Positions 9,258 through 18,619 of a stretch of 64,000 nucleotides of DNA are shown here, one piece after another. The number at the start of each line of letters is the position of its first letter. The stretch's first letter is position 1. A program made the translations under genes and the position numbers. Source of the DNA: Bythopirellula sp. (GTDB taxonomy: Bacteria > Planctomycetota > Planctomycetia > Pirellulales > Lacipirellulaceae); NCBI GenBank assembly GCA_965216565.1, contig OZ244170.1:2208001-2272000 (forward strand), in the 5' to 3' direction. The notes under the pieces were generated by a model that saw only the letters and a list, made by a program, of their open reading frames with translations, made no database searches and was not told where the DNA came from.

Positions 9258-10947
9258 ATGAATCAGGATTCTTACGACTCGGCCATTGCAGAGACCATCG
9301 CGTCGGTACGTTCCGTCGATTCGCTGGAAGGAAACTCGGAGCCCGATCGCGCAGATGTTCGCCAAAAGGTAGCGCTGGTCGAAGGCAGCACGCCGCACTT
9401 GAGCCACGAAATCAGGGCTCTTCTGCGGGACCGGTTGAAACTTGTGGCCATTCTGCTGGCCGTCGGTTGTTGGTGCCTTCCTGTTACTCTCGCTCTGGCA
9501 TTTTCAAGAAAGCGTTACCGGCCCCAACGCCAATCTTTTCTACGCACACATTGCCGTCACTTTAGTGCTAGCACTCATCTCCCAGAGACTATGTGCCCAG
9601 TGTGACGTATTTCTCGGTCACCTCCGCATTTCAGAAGCAATCATCTTTGGCTGCCCTGCGGCCTTCTTCTTGTTCGCTGGCTACCACGAAGTCCTAGCCG
9701 ATGCCGCCACCGGTGCCGAGCACCGCCACATACCCACCATCACCGGTCCGTGGATGGTACTAATTTTTTGCTACGCGCTATTCGTACCCAATAATTGGCA
9801 ACGCGCTCTGGTTGTGATCGGTCTAATGGGATTGGCACCGATTGGCATACTTGTCGCAGACTACTGGCTCTCCGACGATGTGGCCGAGATCATGTCGCAC
9901 GAGCAATTTCAGGATACTTTTTTCAGCTCGTCTTTGGTCATGGCCCTATTTGTTCTGACCGGAACTGTGGGGGTTCACACTATCGGGACTCTGCGCCGCG
10001 AAGCCTTTGTCGCAAGAAAACTTGGCCAATATCGGCTGAAACAAAAACTCGGTAGCGGAGGGATGGGTGAAGTCTATCTCGCCGAGCACGAGATGATGAA
10101 ACGCCCCTGTGCCGTAAAGACCATTCGCCCCGAAAAGGCCGGCGACCCGCAAATTATGGCCCGCTTCGAACGTGAAGTCCGCGCCACGGCCAAGCTCTCG
10201 CATTGGAATTCAATCGACGTGTTTGATTATGGCCGGACTTCCGATGGCACTTTCTACTACGTCATGGAATATCTCCCTGGTCACAATATCAACGAGCTAG
10301 TGGATGTTCACGGTGCGCTCCCCGCAGCCCGCATCGTCTATCTCATGAAACAGGTCTGCGATGCCCTGGCCGAGGCCCACGGGCAGGGCCTCATTCATCG
10401 CGACATAAAACCGGCCAATATCTTCTGTGCCTACCGCGGAGGAATTTTCGATGTTGCTAAGCTGCTCGATTTCGGATTGGCGAAACCGCTAACCGAGCCA
10501 ACTGATTTGAATTTGACGCAAGCCGGCTCGATCACCGGCTCCCCTCTCTACATGTCGCCCGAACAATCAATGGGCAGCGACGAGGTGGACGAACGGAGCG
10601 ACATCTACTCGCTGGGCGCCGTGATGTATTACATGGCCACGGGCAAGCCACCGTTTTTCGACGAGAAACCAATCAAGGTGATGGTGGCCCATGCCTCGGA
10701 ACAACCCCCACCACCCCGGGAACTCAACCCAGAGATTCCGGAGGAATTGGAAGAGGTGATTCTGCGTTGTTTGGAAAAACAGCCGGAAGATCGATTCCAG
10801 GACGTCCGCACTCTAGGGGAGATGCTGCTGCAAGTTCCCTGTCACGAACCGTGGACGGCAGAGCTCGCCGCCGACTGGTGGCACGATTACGGCTGCCCCA
10901 AACGCAAAGCCATGGCCGCTGAGGCGGTGGAGCTGGCGGCGGTATAA
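9258..10947 (+). pseudogene. Membrane-bound Hanks-type Ser/Thr protein kinase with a +1 frameshift near 9468-9471 (real lesion or assembly error)
   Basis: Frame from ATG 9258 reads ...LLRDRLKLVAILLAVG; next frame continues GAFLLLSLW...; kinase motifs LGSGGMGEVY, HRDIKPAN, DFGLAK, GSPLYMSPEQ. Confidence 0.75.
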
Positions 10948-10981
10948 CTGCCTTACCTCCTCGACGGCCCAGCATGACTAG

Positions 10982-11182
10982 GTGGCTGGGTTAGCCGCTA
11001 GACGCAACCCAGCATTCGCTCGAGTGCCATGGCCACGCTAAATCCGGGCAACGCTCTTGTCGAACCCAACCCGTTATTAAAATTCCAACGCCAGCACTGA
11101 AGCAAACGGACCACGTTGGAACAAGCACCGTGGTCGCTATAGATTAGGATAAGTGGTGTAGCATAGCACTCGGCCCAGCCAC
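10982..11182. repeat. REP-like inverted pair GTGGCTGGG ... CCCAGCCAC with internal hairpin
   Basis: gtggctgggtt-agccgctagacgc-aacccagc at 10982-11013; cccagccac at 11174-11182. Confidence 0.5.
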
Positions 11183-11217
11183 ACTCCACAAAACTTCTCA
11201 ATCATTCTGGTCTTGCC

Positions 11218-11529
11218 ATGGCTAATTCAGAAACTCAACCTGAACCGTTAACCTTTCGCGGTTCCATGAAGGCGGGCATGTATACCGCTCAACTCGGTGT
11301 GCAACTGCAAGTGACGCCCGGCGCATTAACGCTCAGCGCATCTGGACGTAGCTATCAGCTAGATCGCGATAACTTTGATGGTTTGTCCTTGACGTCAATA
11401 CTTGGAGTTTTCAAACGTGGGATCGTGTTCCATCATCACCAGCAAGATCTGCCAAGCAACTTGGTGTTCTATCCAACCGTCCCTAGAGAGGACTTAATGG
11501 AGAAGATCGAACACCTGGGCTGGTCTTGA
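11218..11529 (+). CDS. Hypothetical protein, 103 aa
   Basis: Isolated ATG ORF with protein-like composition between repeat clusters. Confidence 0.6.
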   Translation: MANSETQPEPLTFRGSMKAGMYTAQLGVQLQVTPGALTLSASGRSYQLDRDNFDGLSLTSILGVFKRGIVFHHHQQDLPSNLVFYPTVPREDLMEKIEHLGWS

Positions 11530-11628
11530 TCCTCTGCTGTAATACGTTGGGTGTGCCACCCTACGATATTGGAGATAGTGGGGGCATTGTTTTATTTGCA
11601 ATAGGCTCAACCGAGTGACTTTGAGTAC

Positions 11629-11716
11629 GTAGGGTGTGCCAAAGCAAAGCGGCGGCACACCGAAGAGGTCGATGTCAGACACCTCACTCTCGGTGGGCCT
11701 GACGGCACCACCCTAC
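11629..11716. repeat. GTAG-type REP doublet (GTAGGGTG ... CACCCTAC)
   Basis: gtagggtgtgcc-N13-ggcacacc hairpin at 11629-11661; caccctac at 11709-11716; extra half-site gggtgtgccaccctac at 11549-11564. Confidence 0.65.
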
Positions 11717-11830
11717 AATCGCTAACTTGACTTTGCCTCGGCTTTGTCGTCCATAGTCGCTTCCTCTGGAAACATCTGTCGGTACTTGACGTCGATACGC
11801 AATGAACTAGAAGCAGTTTCAAAAACCAAT

Positions 11831-11907
11831 GAGCCGAATGCGCTAGCATCGGGTAGCATCAGAATAATCCCGAGACCTACGCTACCCACGGCTAGCGCCG
11901 TCGGCTC
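11831..11907. repeat. Inverted REP-like pair GAGCCGA..GCGCTAGC...GGGTAGC
   Basis: gagccgaatgcgctagcatcgggtagc (11831-11857) versus the reverse complement of 11881-11907, gagccgacggcgctagccgtgggtagc. Confidence 0.7.
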
Positions 11908-12277
11908 ACTTAGGACTGTTGTTGGTTTCTTCTAAACTCTTCCTAGATATTTTTACCAAGTTTTCGCCGGTAGATGTGGATGGTATGCCTACGCGTGTTT
12001 GATCTTGGACGATCTAAATGCTGAGAGCTTGGAACTTCGGACCAGTTACCGTCCCTGGAAAGTTCAAACTTCACACTTCGAACTTCCACGCGTCAGCGGG
12101 ATGCAGGTCGCCGGGGCTGCCCAGTTCGCTCAGCGAACTTCGGGCGGAAACCGCTTGTCCTGGAAGCAAGCGACGTTTCGAACGCCCCCGCGGCTACTTT
12201 CGCACCGGGCTGTTTTTGCCTAGAATAAGGGGCTCGAAACATTCCTCCCTTGCTCACCTCCTAGCCACCAACTTGCC

Positions 12278-13690
12278 ATGCCAGCAGACAGTTCCGCGCC
12301 ACGCACGCTTTTTGAAAAAGTTTGGGACAACCATATCGTCCACACCCCCGAGGGACGGCAGACGATTCTCTACATCGACCTGCACCTGGTTCATGAAGTG
12401 ACCAGCCCCCAGGCCTTCGAAGGGTTGCGGCTTGCCAAGCGACAGGTTCGCCGACCGGATCGCACGGTCGCCACGGCGGATCATAACGTCCCCACCTCCG
12501 ATCGCAGCCTGCCGATTGTCGACCAAATCTCGAAACAACAGATCGACACCCTGCGTAACAACTGCAAAGAGTTCGGCATTAAATATTACGATCTCAACGA
12601 CTCCAAGCAGGGGATCGTCCACGTCATCGGTCCTGAACTGGGCTATACCCAACCGGGAATGACCATCGTTTGTGGCGATAGCCACACCTCGACGCACGGC
12701 GCATTTGGCGCGCTCGCCTTTGGCATCGGCACGAGCGAAGTCGAGCACGTCATGGCTACGCAGACGCTATTGCAAAACAAGCCCCAGACGTTGGAACTTC
12801 GCGTCGATGGCGATTTGCTTCCGGGCGTGACCGCCAAAGATTTGATTCTGTATCTCATCGGCGAGATCACCACCGACGGCGGCACCGGTTACTGCGTCGA
12901 ATACACCGGCTCGGCCATCGAAAGTCTCACCATGGAAAACCGCATGACGGTGTGCAACATGTCGATCGAGGGCGGTGCCCGAGCAGGAATGATCGCGCCG
13001 GATGAAACGACCTACGAGTATCTGCGCGGTCGGCAGTTTGTTCCCAAGGATTTCGAGGCGGCCGTGGAAAATTGGAAACAGCTCCCTACCGACGAAGGGG
13101 CGACCTACGACAAGTCACTGAAATTCGCGGCGGCAGATATCGCTCCGCAAGTCACTTGGGGTACGAACCCCGGTTTAGTCGTTTCTGTCGACGGCAAGGT
13201 TCCACAGCCGGGCGACTATTCCGATCCAACCGAGCAAAAGACCGCGGCCAATGCTCTCGACTACATGGGGCTCGCAGGGGGGGAACCGATTGTCGATCTC
13301 AAGCTCGATCGCGTCTTCATCGGTTCCTGCACCAATGCCCGCATCGAGGATCTGCGTGCCGCGGCAGAAGTGGCCAAAGGTCGGAAGGTCTCGGGCCATG
13401 TCAGTGCGATGGTCGTCCCCGGCAGTGGGCAGGTAAAACTGCAAGCAGAAGAAGAAGGCCTCGACAAAGTGTTTACCGAAGCCGGCTTCGATTGGCGTGA
13501 GGCCGGTTGCAGCATGTGCCTAGCGATGAACCCCGACAAGCTGGCGCCGGGCGAACGATGTGCCTCGACCTCCAACCGCAACTTTGAAGGCCGCCAGGGC
13601 AGGGGGGGACGCACGCACTTGGTATCACCCGCCATGGCAGCCGCCGCAGCCATCGAAGGCCACTTCGTCGATATCCGCCAGTGGAAATAA
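12278..13690 (+). CDS. leuC: 3-isopropylmalate dehydratase large subunit
   Basis: [56 protein letters not shown]. Confidence 0.98.
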   Translation: MPADSSAPRTLFEKVWDNHIVHTPEGRQTILYIDLHLVHEVTSPQAFEGLRLAKRQVRRPDRTVATADHNVPTSDRSLPIVDQISKQQIDTLRNNCKEFGIKYYDLNDSKQGIVHVIGPELGYTQPGMTIVCGDSHTSTHGAFGALAFGIGTSEVEHVMATQTLLQNKPQTLELRVDGDLLPGVTAKDLILYLIGEITTDGGTGYCVEYTGSAIESLTMENRMTVCNMSIEGGARAGMIAPDETTYEYLRGRQFVPKDFEAAVENWKQLPTDEGATYDKSLKFAAADIAPQVTWGTNPGLVVSVDGKVPQPGDYSDPTEQKTAANALDYMGLAGGEPIVDLKLDRVFIGSCTNARIEDLRAAAEVAKGRKVSGHVSAMVVPGSGQVKLQAEEEGLDKVFTEAGFDWREAGCSMCLAMNPDKLAPGERCASTSNRNFEGRQGRGGRTHLVSPAMAAAAAIEGHFVDIRQWK

Positions 13691-13746
13691 TCACGCGAAC
13701 CCACTGATCGCAATAACTACATTAGATTCTAACCCTCAAATACATC

Positions 13747-14334
13747 ATGAAACCTTTTACGAAACATACCGGCCTGGTGGTTGCCATGGATCGGGCCAAC
13801 GTCGATACCGATCAGATCATTCCCAAGCAATTCCTCAAGCGAATCGAGCGAACAGGCTTCGGCGAGTTCCTGTTCTGGGATTGGGGACGGCTCGAAGATG
13901 GCTCGCCCAATGAGGAGTTCGAACTCAACCGCCCCGAGGCCAAGGGAGCGAGCGTCTTGCTGGCGCGACGCAATTTTGGTTGCGGCTCCAGCCGCGAACA
14001 TGCCCCCTGGGCGCTAGAAGACTATGGCTTTCGCGTGATTATCGCCCCCAGCTTTGCCGACATCTTCTACAACAATTGCTTCAAGAATGGCATGTTGCCC
14101 ATCAAACTCACCGAAGAGCAGGTGAATAACCTGTTCGCCCGCGCCTCGCAGTACGACAACTACCAGCTCACCGCCGACCTGGAGAACCGCACTCTGACAG
14201 ACGAGCACGGTTTCACAGCTAACATCGTGGTGGAGGCATTCCGCCGCGACTGCCTGATCAATGGCTTGGACGATATCGGACTGACGCTGGAGCACGAAGA
14301 CAAAATCTCTGAGTTCGAGGCCGCGCGAGCGTAG
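13747..14334 (+). CDS. leuD: 3-isopropylmalate dehydratase small subunit
   Basis: [38 protein letters not shown]; follows leuC. Confidence 0.98.
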   Translation: MKPFTKHTGLVVAMDRANVDTDQIIPKQFLKRIERTGFGEFLFWDWGRLEDGSPNEEFELNRPEAKGASVLLARRNFGCGSSREHAPWALEDYGFRVIIAPSFADIFYNNCFKNGMLPIKLTEEQVNNLFARASQYDNYQLTADLENRTLTDEHGFTANIVVEAFRRDCLINGLDDIGLTLEHEDKISEFEAARA

Positions 14335-14339
14335 TACCG

Positions 14340-14663
14340 ATGGCAAGCCGACGCGAAAAAATCGAAGCCATGCTCGCCGACGATCCTCAGGATACGTTTT
14401 TGCGATACAGCCTGGCGATGGAACTCGACAAAGAAGGCGAGAATGATCAAAGCCTGGAACGACTCGCTGAGCTCACCAAGGACGACCCGCCGTATGTGCC
14501 CGCCTTCTTCATGGCTGGGCAGCAACTAGTGCGATTAGACCGCGTCAACGAAGCCCGCACCTTTCTTCGCGACGGTATCGAACAAGCCCGCCAGCAAAAC
14601 GACGCCCACGCCGCCGGCGAAATGAGCGAGTTCCTGGCATCGCTGGGTGATTTGGGTGAGTGA
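14340..14663 (+). CDS. Small TPR-repeat protein
   Basis: DPQDTFLRYSLAME, PPYVPAFFMAGQQL, helical TPR pattern; operonic with leuD. Confidence 0.8.
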   Translation: MASRREKIEAMLADDPQDTFLRYSLAMELDKEGENDQSLERLAELTKDDPPYVPAFFMAGQQLVRLDRVNEARTFLRDGIEQARQQNDAHAAGEMSEFLASLGDLGE

Positions 14664-14702
14664 GTCTTGTCTTTGGCATTTTTTGCTACGACATCACAAA
14701 CT

Positions 14703-16307
14703 TTACGGAACCGATGCCTTCGAATCGCTACTCGCAACTCGCGAAAACTGAATGTCGCTCGGCATACTGCGGGAGAAGCTAAGCGACTCGATGGTGCCAG
14801 TGGCACTATCTTGAAATTTGACTAGCTCACGACAGAAGATATCTCGATGCTTACCCCGATCGTCGGGATTACCTTCCATGTCGAAGACGTCGTAGTGATA
14901 GTGCTGCAAAGCACCTTGGAACCCATGGTGCTGCCAACGTAGTTTCCCTCCTTGCAGCGATACTTCGAATTCACCGTAGGCGGGATTAGTGAACTTCCCG
15001 ACATATTTGTTGAGCGGATAGGTTGGTCTCGTGTCCTCAATGCGAGTGGGCCTGCGCTCGAGTTTAGCTTTCTCCTCACTTGCACGACTCTCCTCGTCCA
15101 TGCGGCGCATCGGGTCAAATTGTTCCGCAGGCTTCTGACCCCGCAAACGAGTCCGAATGTTTGCTTCAATTAACTCTGCCTGGGAGAGATAAGCCAAATT
15201 CGTCAGCACCACATAGGCACATTTGCGTTTAGGACAGAACCCGGCAACTGCCGTGAAGCCAATCCAACTGCCCGTATGCCGCCCCCATTTTTCTCCCTGG
15301 ATCATCAGCACTTGCCAGCCCATGCCATGAAAACCGATCGTCGATTCGTAGTGGTTAAACTCCGGCAACACGACTTCGGGCGTCAGCAAATCTTTCATAC
15401 GTTCTCGCGACACAATCTGCTTATCGTTGAACTCGCCCTGTGTTAGATACAGCTTGAGAAACTGGGCCATGTCTTCCACCGTCGAGTTTATCCCTGCCGC
15501 CGGGGCTGCAATATGCAGGGGGAATAATGGATGCCTAATGATCTCATTTTCGAACAACTCGTAGGGTACCGCATAATCGGCGTCCTCTTGCGATTTTGTC
15601 ACGGAGAAATTGGTACGGCTCATCCCGAGTGGATCGAGAATGCGACCTTGAATGAATTCCTCCCAGGATCCGCCGTACCGATCGATCATCTGCCCTGTGA
15701 TGAGATAACCACTGTTCGAGTAGAGGAATCTCGTCCCCACTGGAGCCGATGGTTCCAGGAAACGAAGCGTGCGATAGACCATCTCTGGTGAAGCATTCTT
15801 CTGCGACCAATCTCGGGTGCCGTACCAACGAAAACACTCCAGTGGCAGTCCCGTTTGATGCGACAGACAATCGCGAAGTGTCAATTCTGCAGTTGCCATT
15901 TCGTCCTGCAGCCGAAAGTCGGGAAGATGCTCGCGGACGCGATCGTTCCAGTGAATTTTGTTCTCATCTACCAGAATTGCTGCTGCTGTCGCCGTGAAAG
16001 ATTTAGTGATCGAGGCGATCGGGAAGAGGGTTTGGGCTGTTACCGGCAGTCGCTTCTCTAGGTCTCGGTAACCGTAACCCTTTGTGAGAATGGTTTGGTT
16101 TTCATCAATTACCGCAATCGCAACACCAGGAACCCGCCATTCCTTTAAAACCTGCTCGACAAAGTGATCGAAGTCTGAAAAGTCCGGCTGTGTTGCAACG
16201 ACTCCTGAGGAGTCCGAGATCTGCTGCGCTGATAGCCGTTCTACCGCAATGCTTGGGCAAACGATTGCGACGAAACAGATTACCTTATACATATTCATGC
16301 TTAGCAC
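14703..16307 (-). CDS. Secreted serine hydrolase, class C beta-lactamase-like, with DUF3471-type C-terminal domain
   Basis: Signal peptide; VPGVAIAV, SxxK (ASITK), LSHQTGL, FLYSN, HTG; C-terminal YVGKFTNPAYG. Confidence 0.88.
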   Translation of the reverse strand: MLSMNMYKVICFVAIVCPSIAVERLSAQQISDSSGVVATQPDFSDFDHFVEQVLKEWRVPGVAIAVIDENQTILTKGYGYRDLEKRLPVTAQTLFPIASITKSFTATAAAILVDENKIHWNDRVREHLPDFRLQDEMATAELTLRDCLSHQTGLPLECFRWYGTRDWSQKNASPEMVYRTLRFLEPSAPVGTRFLYSNSGYLITGQMIDRYGGSWEEFIQGRILDPLGMSRTNFSVTKSQEDADYAVPYELFENEIIRHPLFPLHIAAPAAGINSTVEDMAQFLKLYLTQGEFNDKQIVSRERMKDLLTPEVVLPEFNHYESTIGFHGMGWQVLMIQGEKWGRHTGSWIGFTAVAGFCPKRKCAYVVLTNLAYLSQAELIEANIRTRLRGQKPAEQFDPMRRMDEESRASEEKAKLERRPTRIEDTRPTYPLNKYVGKFTNPAYGEFEVSLQGGKLRWQHHGFQGALQHYHYDVFDMEGNPDDRGKHRDIFCRELVKFQDSATGTIESLSFSRSMPSDIQFSRVASSDSKASVP

Positions 16308-16667
16308 TCATGGAGAGATGTGCCTACAGACCCCCAAAATTAAACTCTGAACCTCCGACCCAACGCGTCGGAACTTGGGGCTGTCGCTTTTTGGAATGCC
16401 GATGAAACGAAGTCAGAATCTGCTAGAGACGATGTGCAGAACAATCCGTTTTGTCTATTAATCTCAAAAACTTGCAGTTGTTTTTGACAATCGCGTTCGG
16501 AGCCAAACCGCAACTCGCATATTTAGACGAGAAGAAACAAGCCGATGCAGTTCTCCATGGCGAAATAGCGGGACGAACGGGGTAGGTCCCCATTCACTCC
16601 GATTCCATGATCCATTGGATCGAGAGAATCTTGCTACTTGGAGAACAGACGAGGCTCACGCGAGAGG

Positions 16668-17219
16668 CTACTTCTTCACGCCACAAGCGCTAGCTACCGC
16701 GCAACTCGTGCAGCTTTCACAACCGCCTTGGCCCATGGCTTCTTCGGTACCGCAACCGGGCCCGCAACCTTCGGCCAGTGTCTCGGCAAAGCGGCGGAAC
16801 TCGACCGAGGTCTCATAGGTTTCTGCAAGTTGTTGAGTCAACCGCTCCGCAGCTGCGGGCACTTCGCCCAGAAAATAGAAGAACAGCCCTTCGCCATCGA
16901 ACAGATGCTCGACGTCGATTAGCGTTGCCGCGATCTGTTGCTCTGCCAGCAAGTTGGTGCAGGCCTCGAACGCCTCTTGGCGATGTTTGTCGAGCCGTGC
17001 CTGCAGCAGGTCGTCCTCCACTGTCATGCGACGCAGAATTTGTCCCTGCATGGCCGCCACGGTATCGTCCATCTCCGGCTCGGCGAGCACTGTTCCGATC
17101 TCCAACCCGCGCACGCTCCGGACGATCACCCGTGAATTTCGCGTGTAAAGCGTGGCATCAGGCGAGGTGAATCGCCCTACTTGGCCGAGCAAACTGTAGC
17201 GTACGAGGTGCAGGCTCAT
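16668..17219 (-). CDS. PSP1/RicT-like domain protein with Cys-rich C-terminus
   Basis: VIVRSVRGLEIG-V, GQILRRMT-ED, LIDVEHLFDG...FYF; tail GCGPGCG...CESCTSC...C. Confidence 0.75.
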   Translation of the reverse strand: MSLHLVRYSLLGQVGRFTSPDATLYTRNSRVIVRSVRGLEIGTVLAEPEMDDTVAAMQGQILRRMTVEDDLLQARLDKHRQEAFEACTNLLAEQQIAATLIDVEHLFDGEGLFFYFLGEVPAAAERLTQQLAETYETSVEFRRFAETLAEGCGPGCGTEEAMGQGGCESCTSCAVASACGVKK

Positions 17220-17395
17220 GGTGTCCAATGCATGGAAAGTGGTTGATTTGTCCTTCCATTCTTACTGCTGCCGCCGCTTGTGCCAACCTCGAAAGGTTGC
17301 GGGCTCTCCAAAGCCCCGCTTGCGTAATCCGTCTAGGATTCCAATACTAGGTCATCGATCCCTTTCCGACGTTTCTCACCTTGATTGTACGATTT

Positions 17396-18439
17396 ATGTC
17401 GACACCTATTAGCGAACTCGCAACCAATCCGATTTCTACCAGCCGCTGGCAAGCGTATGCCGACCGCGTTTTGTCAGGTGAATCGCTCACAACCGAGGAG
17501 GCCCAGGAAATCCTGCGCGCCCCCGACTCAGAGCTTCTAGATCTGTTGCAGGCGGCCTACCGCGTCCGCGAGCATCACTTTGGCCGCAGGGTGCAGCTTT
17601 ACTTATTAATGAATGCCAAAAGTGGCCTGTGCCCAGAGGATTGCAGCTATTGCTCGCAGTCGAAAGTCTCCGACGCAGAGATCCCTCGCTACAATTTCCT
17701 CCGTCGCGACGATCTGATGGCAGGCGCCCAAGCGGCCGTCGATCGACAGGCGTCGACTTATTGCATTGTGATCTCCGCCCGTGGACCCAACGAGCGCGAA
17801 ATGGAGGCGGTCGAGCAGATTGTCCCCGAGATCAAAGAAAAGTTCGGGCTCAATGTGTGTGCCTGCCTAGGGCTACTGACACTCGATCAGGCAGAGCGGT
17901 TGAAGGCTTGTGGGGTCGATCGGGTGAACCACAATCTCAATACGGGTGCCGAGCACTACGACGAGATTTGCACAACACACACCTATCAGGATCGCGTCGA
18001 CACGCTCAAAGCGGTCTCGGCGGCTGGCATGGAGCTCTGTTCCGGCGGCATTGTCGGCATGGGCGAGAAGGCGAGCGACGTCGTCGACATGGCCATCGAA
18101 CTCCGTGAGTTGGGCGTGCATTCCATTCCGGTGAACTTTCTCAATCCAATCGAGGGTACCCCGCTCTCCGGTCAGGACGAACTCACGCCGAGCTACTGCC
18201 TGAAAGTGCTAGCAATGTTTCGGCTCGTGAATCCCGATCGCGAGATCCGGATTGCCGGCGGTCGCGAGATGCATCTCCGCAGCCTCCAGCCGTTGGGCCT
18301 GTATGCCGCCAATTCGATCTTCGTGGGCGATTACCTCACCACTCAGGGTCAACTTCCCGAAGAAGACTACGCCATGATTCGTGACCTTGGCTTCGAAGTC
18401 GTTCAGTCCGGCGAAGCGGCGACAATCTCTAAACAGTAG
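17396..18439 (+). CDS. bioB: Biotin synthase
   Basis: NAKSGLCPEDCSYCSQS radical-SAM motif, NHNLNT, CSGGIVGMGE, SIPVNFL, IRIAGGRE. Confidence 0.96.
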   Translation: MSTPISELATNPISTSRWQAYADRVLSGESLTTEEAQEILRAPDSELLDLLQAAYRVREHHFGRRVQLYLLMNAKSGLCPEDCSYCSQSKVSDAEIPRYNFLRRDDLMAGAQAAVDRQASTYCIVISARGPNEREMEAVEQIVPEIKEKFGLNVCACLGLLTLDQAERLKACGVDRVNHNLNTGAEHYDEICTTHTYQDRVDTLKAVSAAGMELCSGGIVGMGEKASDVVDMAIELRELGVHSIPVNFLNPIEGTPLSGQDELTPSYCLKVLAMFRLVNPDREIRIAGGREMHLRSLQPLGLYAANSIFVGDYLTTQGQLPEEDYAMIRDLGFEVVQSGEAATISKQ

Positions 18440-18619
18440 TGCTCCGAGAGCTCGCTTCTCGGTGATAGCACGCCCTGCATCGCATCCTGCGCACTTTACC
18501 AGGCTTATTTTACCGGAATCTTTCCGGGAATCGGTTCATATTCACTAGCAATCCCTACCGATAAAGTCCACGACGGACTTTCGTCTACACGTAGGAAATC
18601 AATGCGCAGGGATGCGAAT

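Noticed and set aside
11722..11859. Short minus-strand ORF ending ...IDVKYRQMFPEEATMDDKAEAKSS*
   Set aside because: Starts inside a REP-like repeat with no RBS; at most a gene remnant.
12000..12277. Leucine attenuator or T-box upstream of leuC
   Set aside because: No Leu-rich leader peptide, T-box motif or terminator; hairpins look REP-like.
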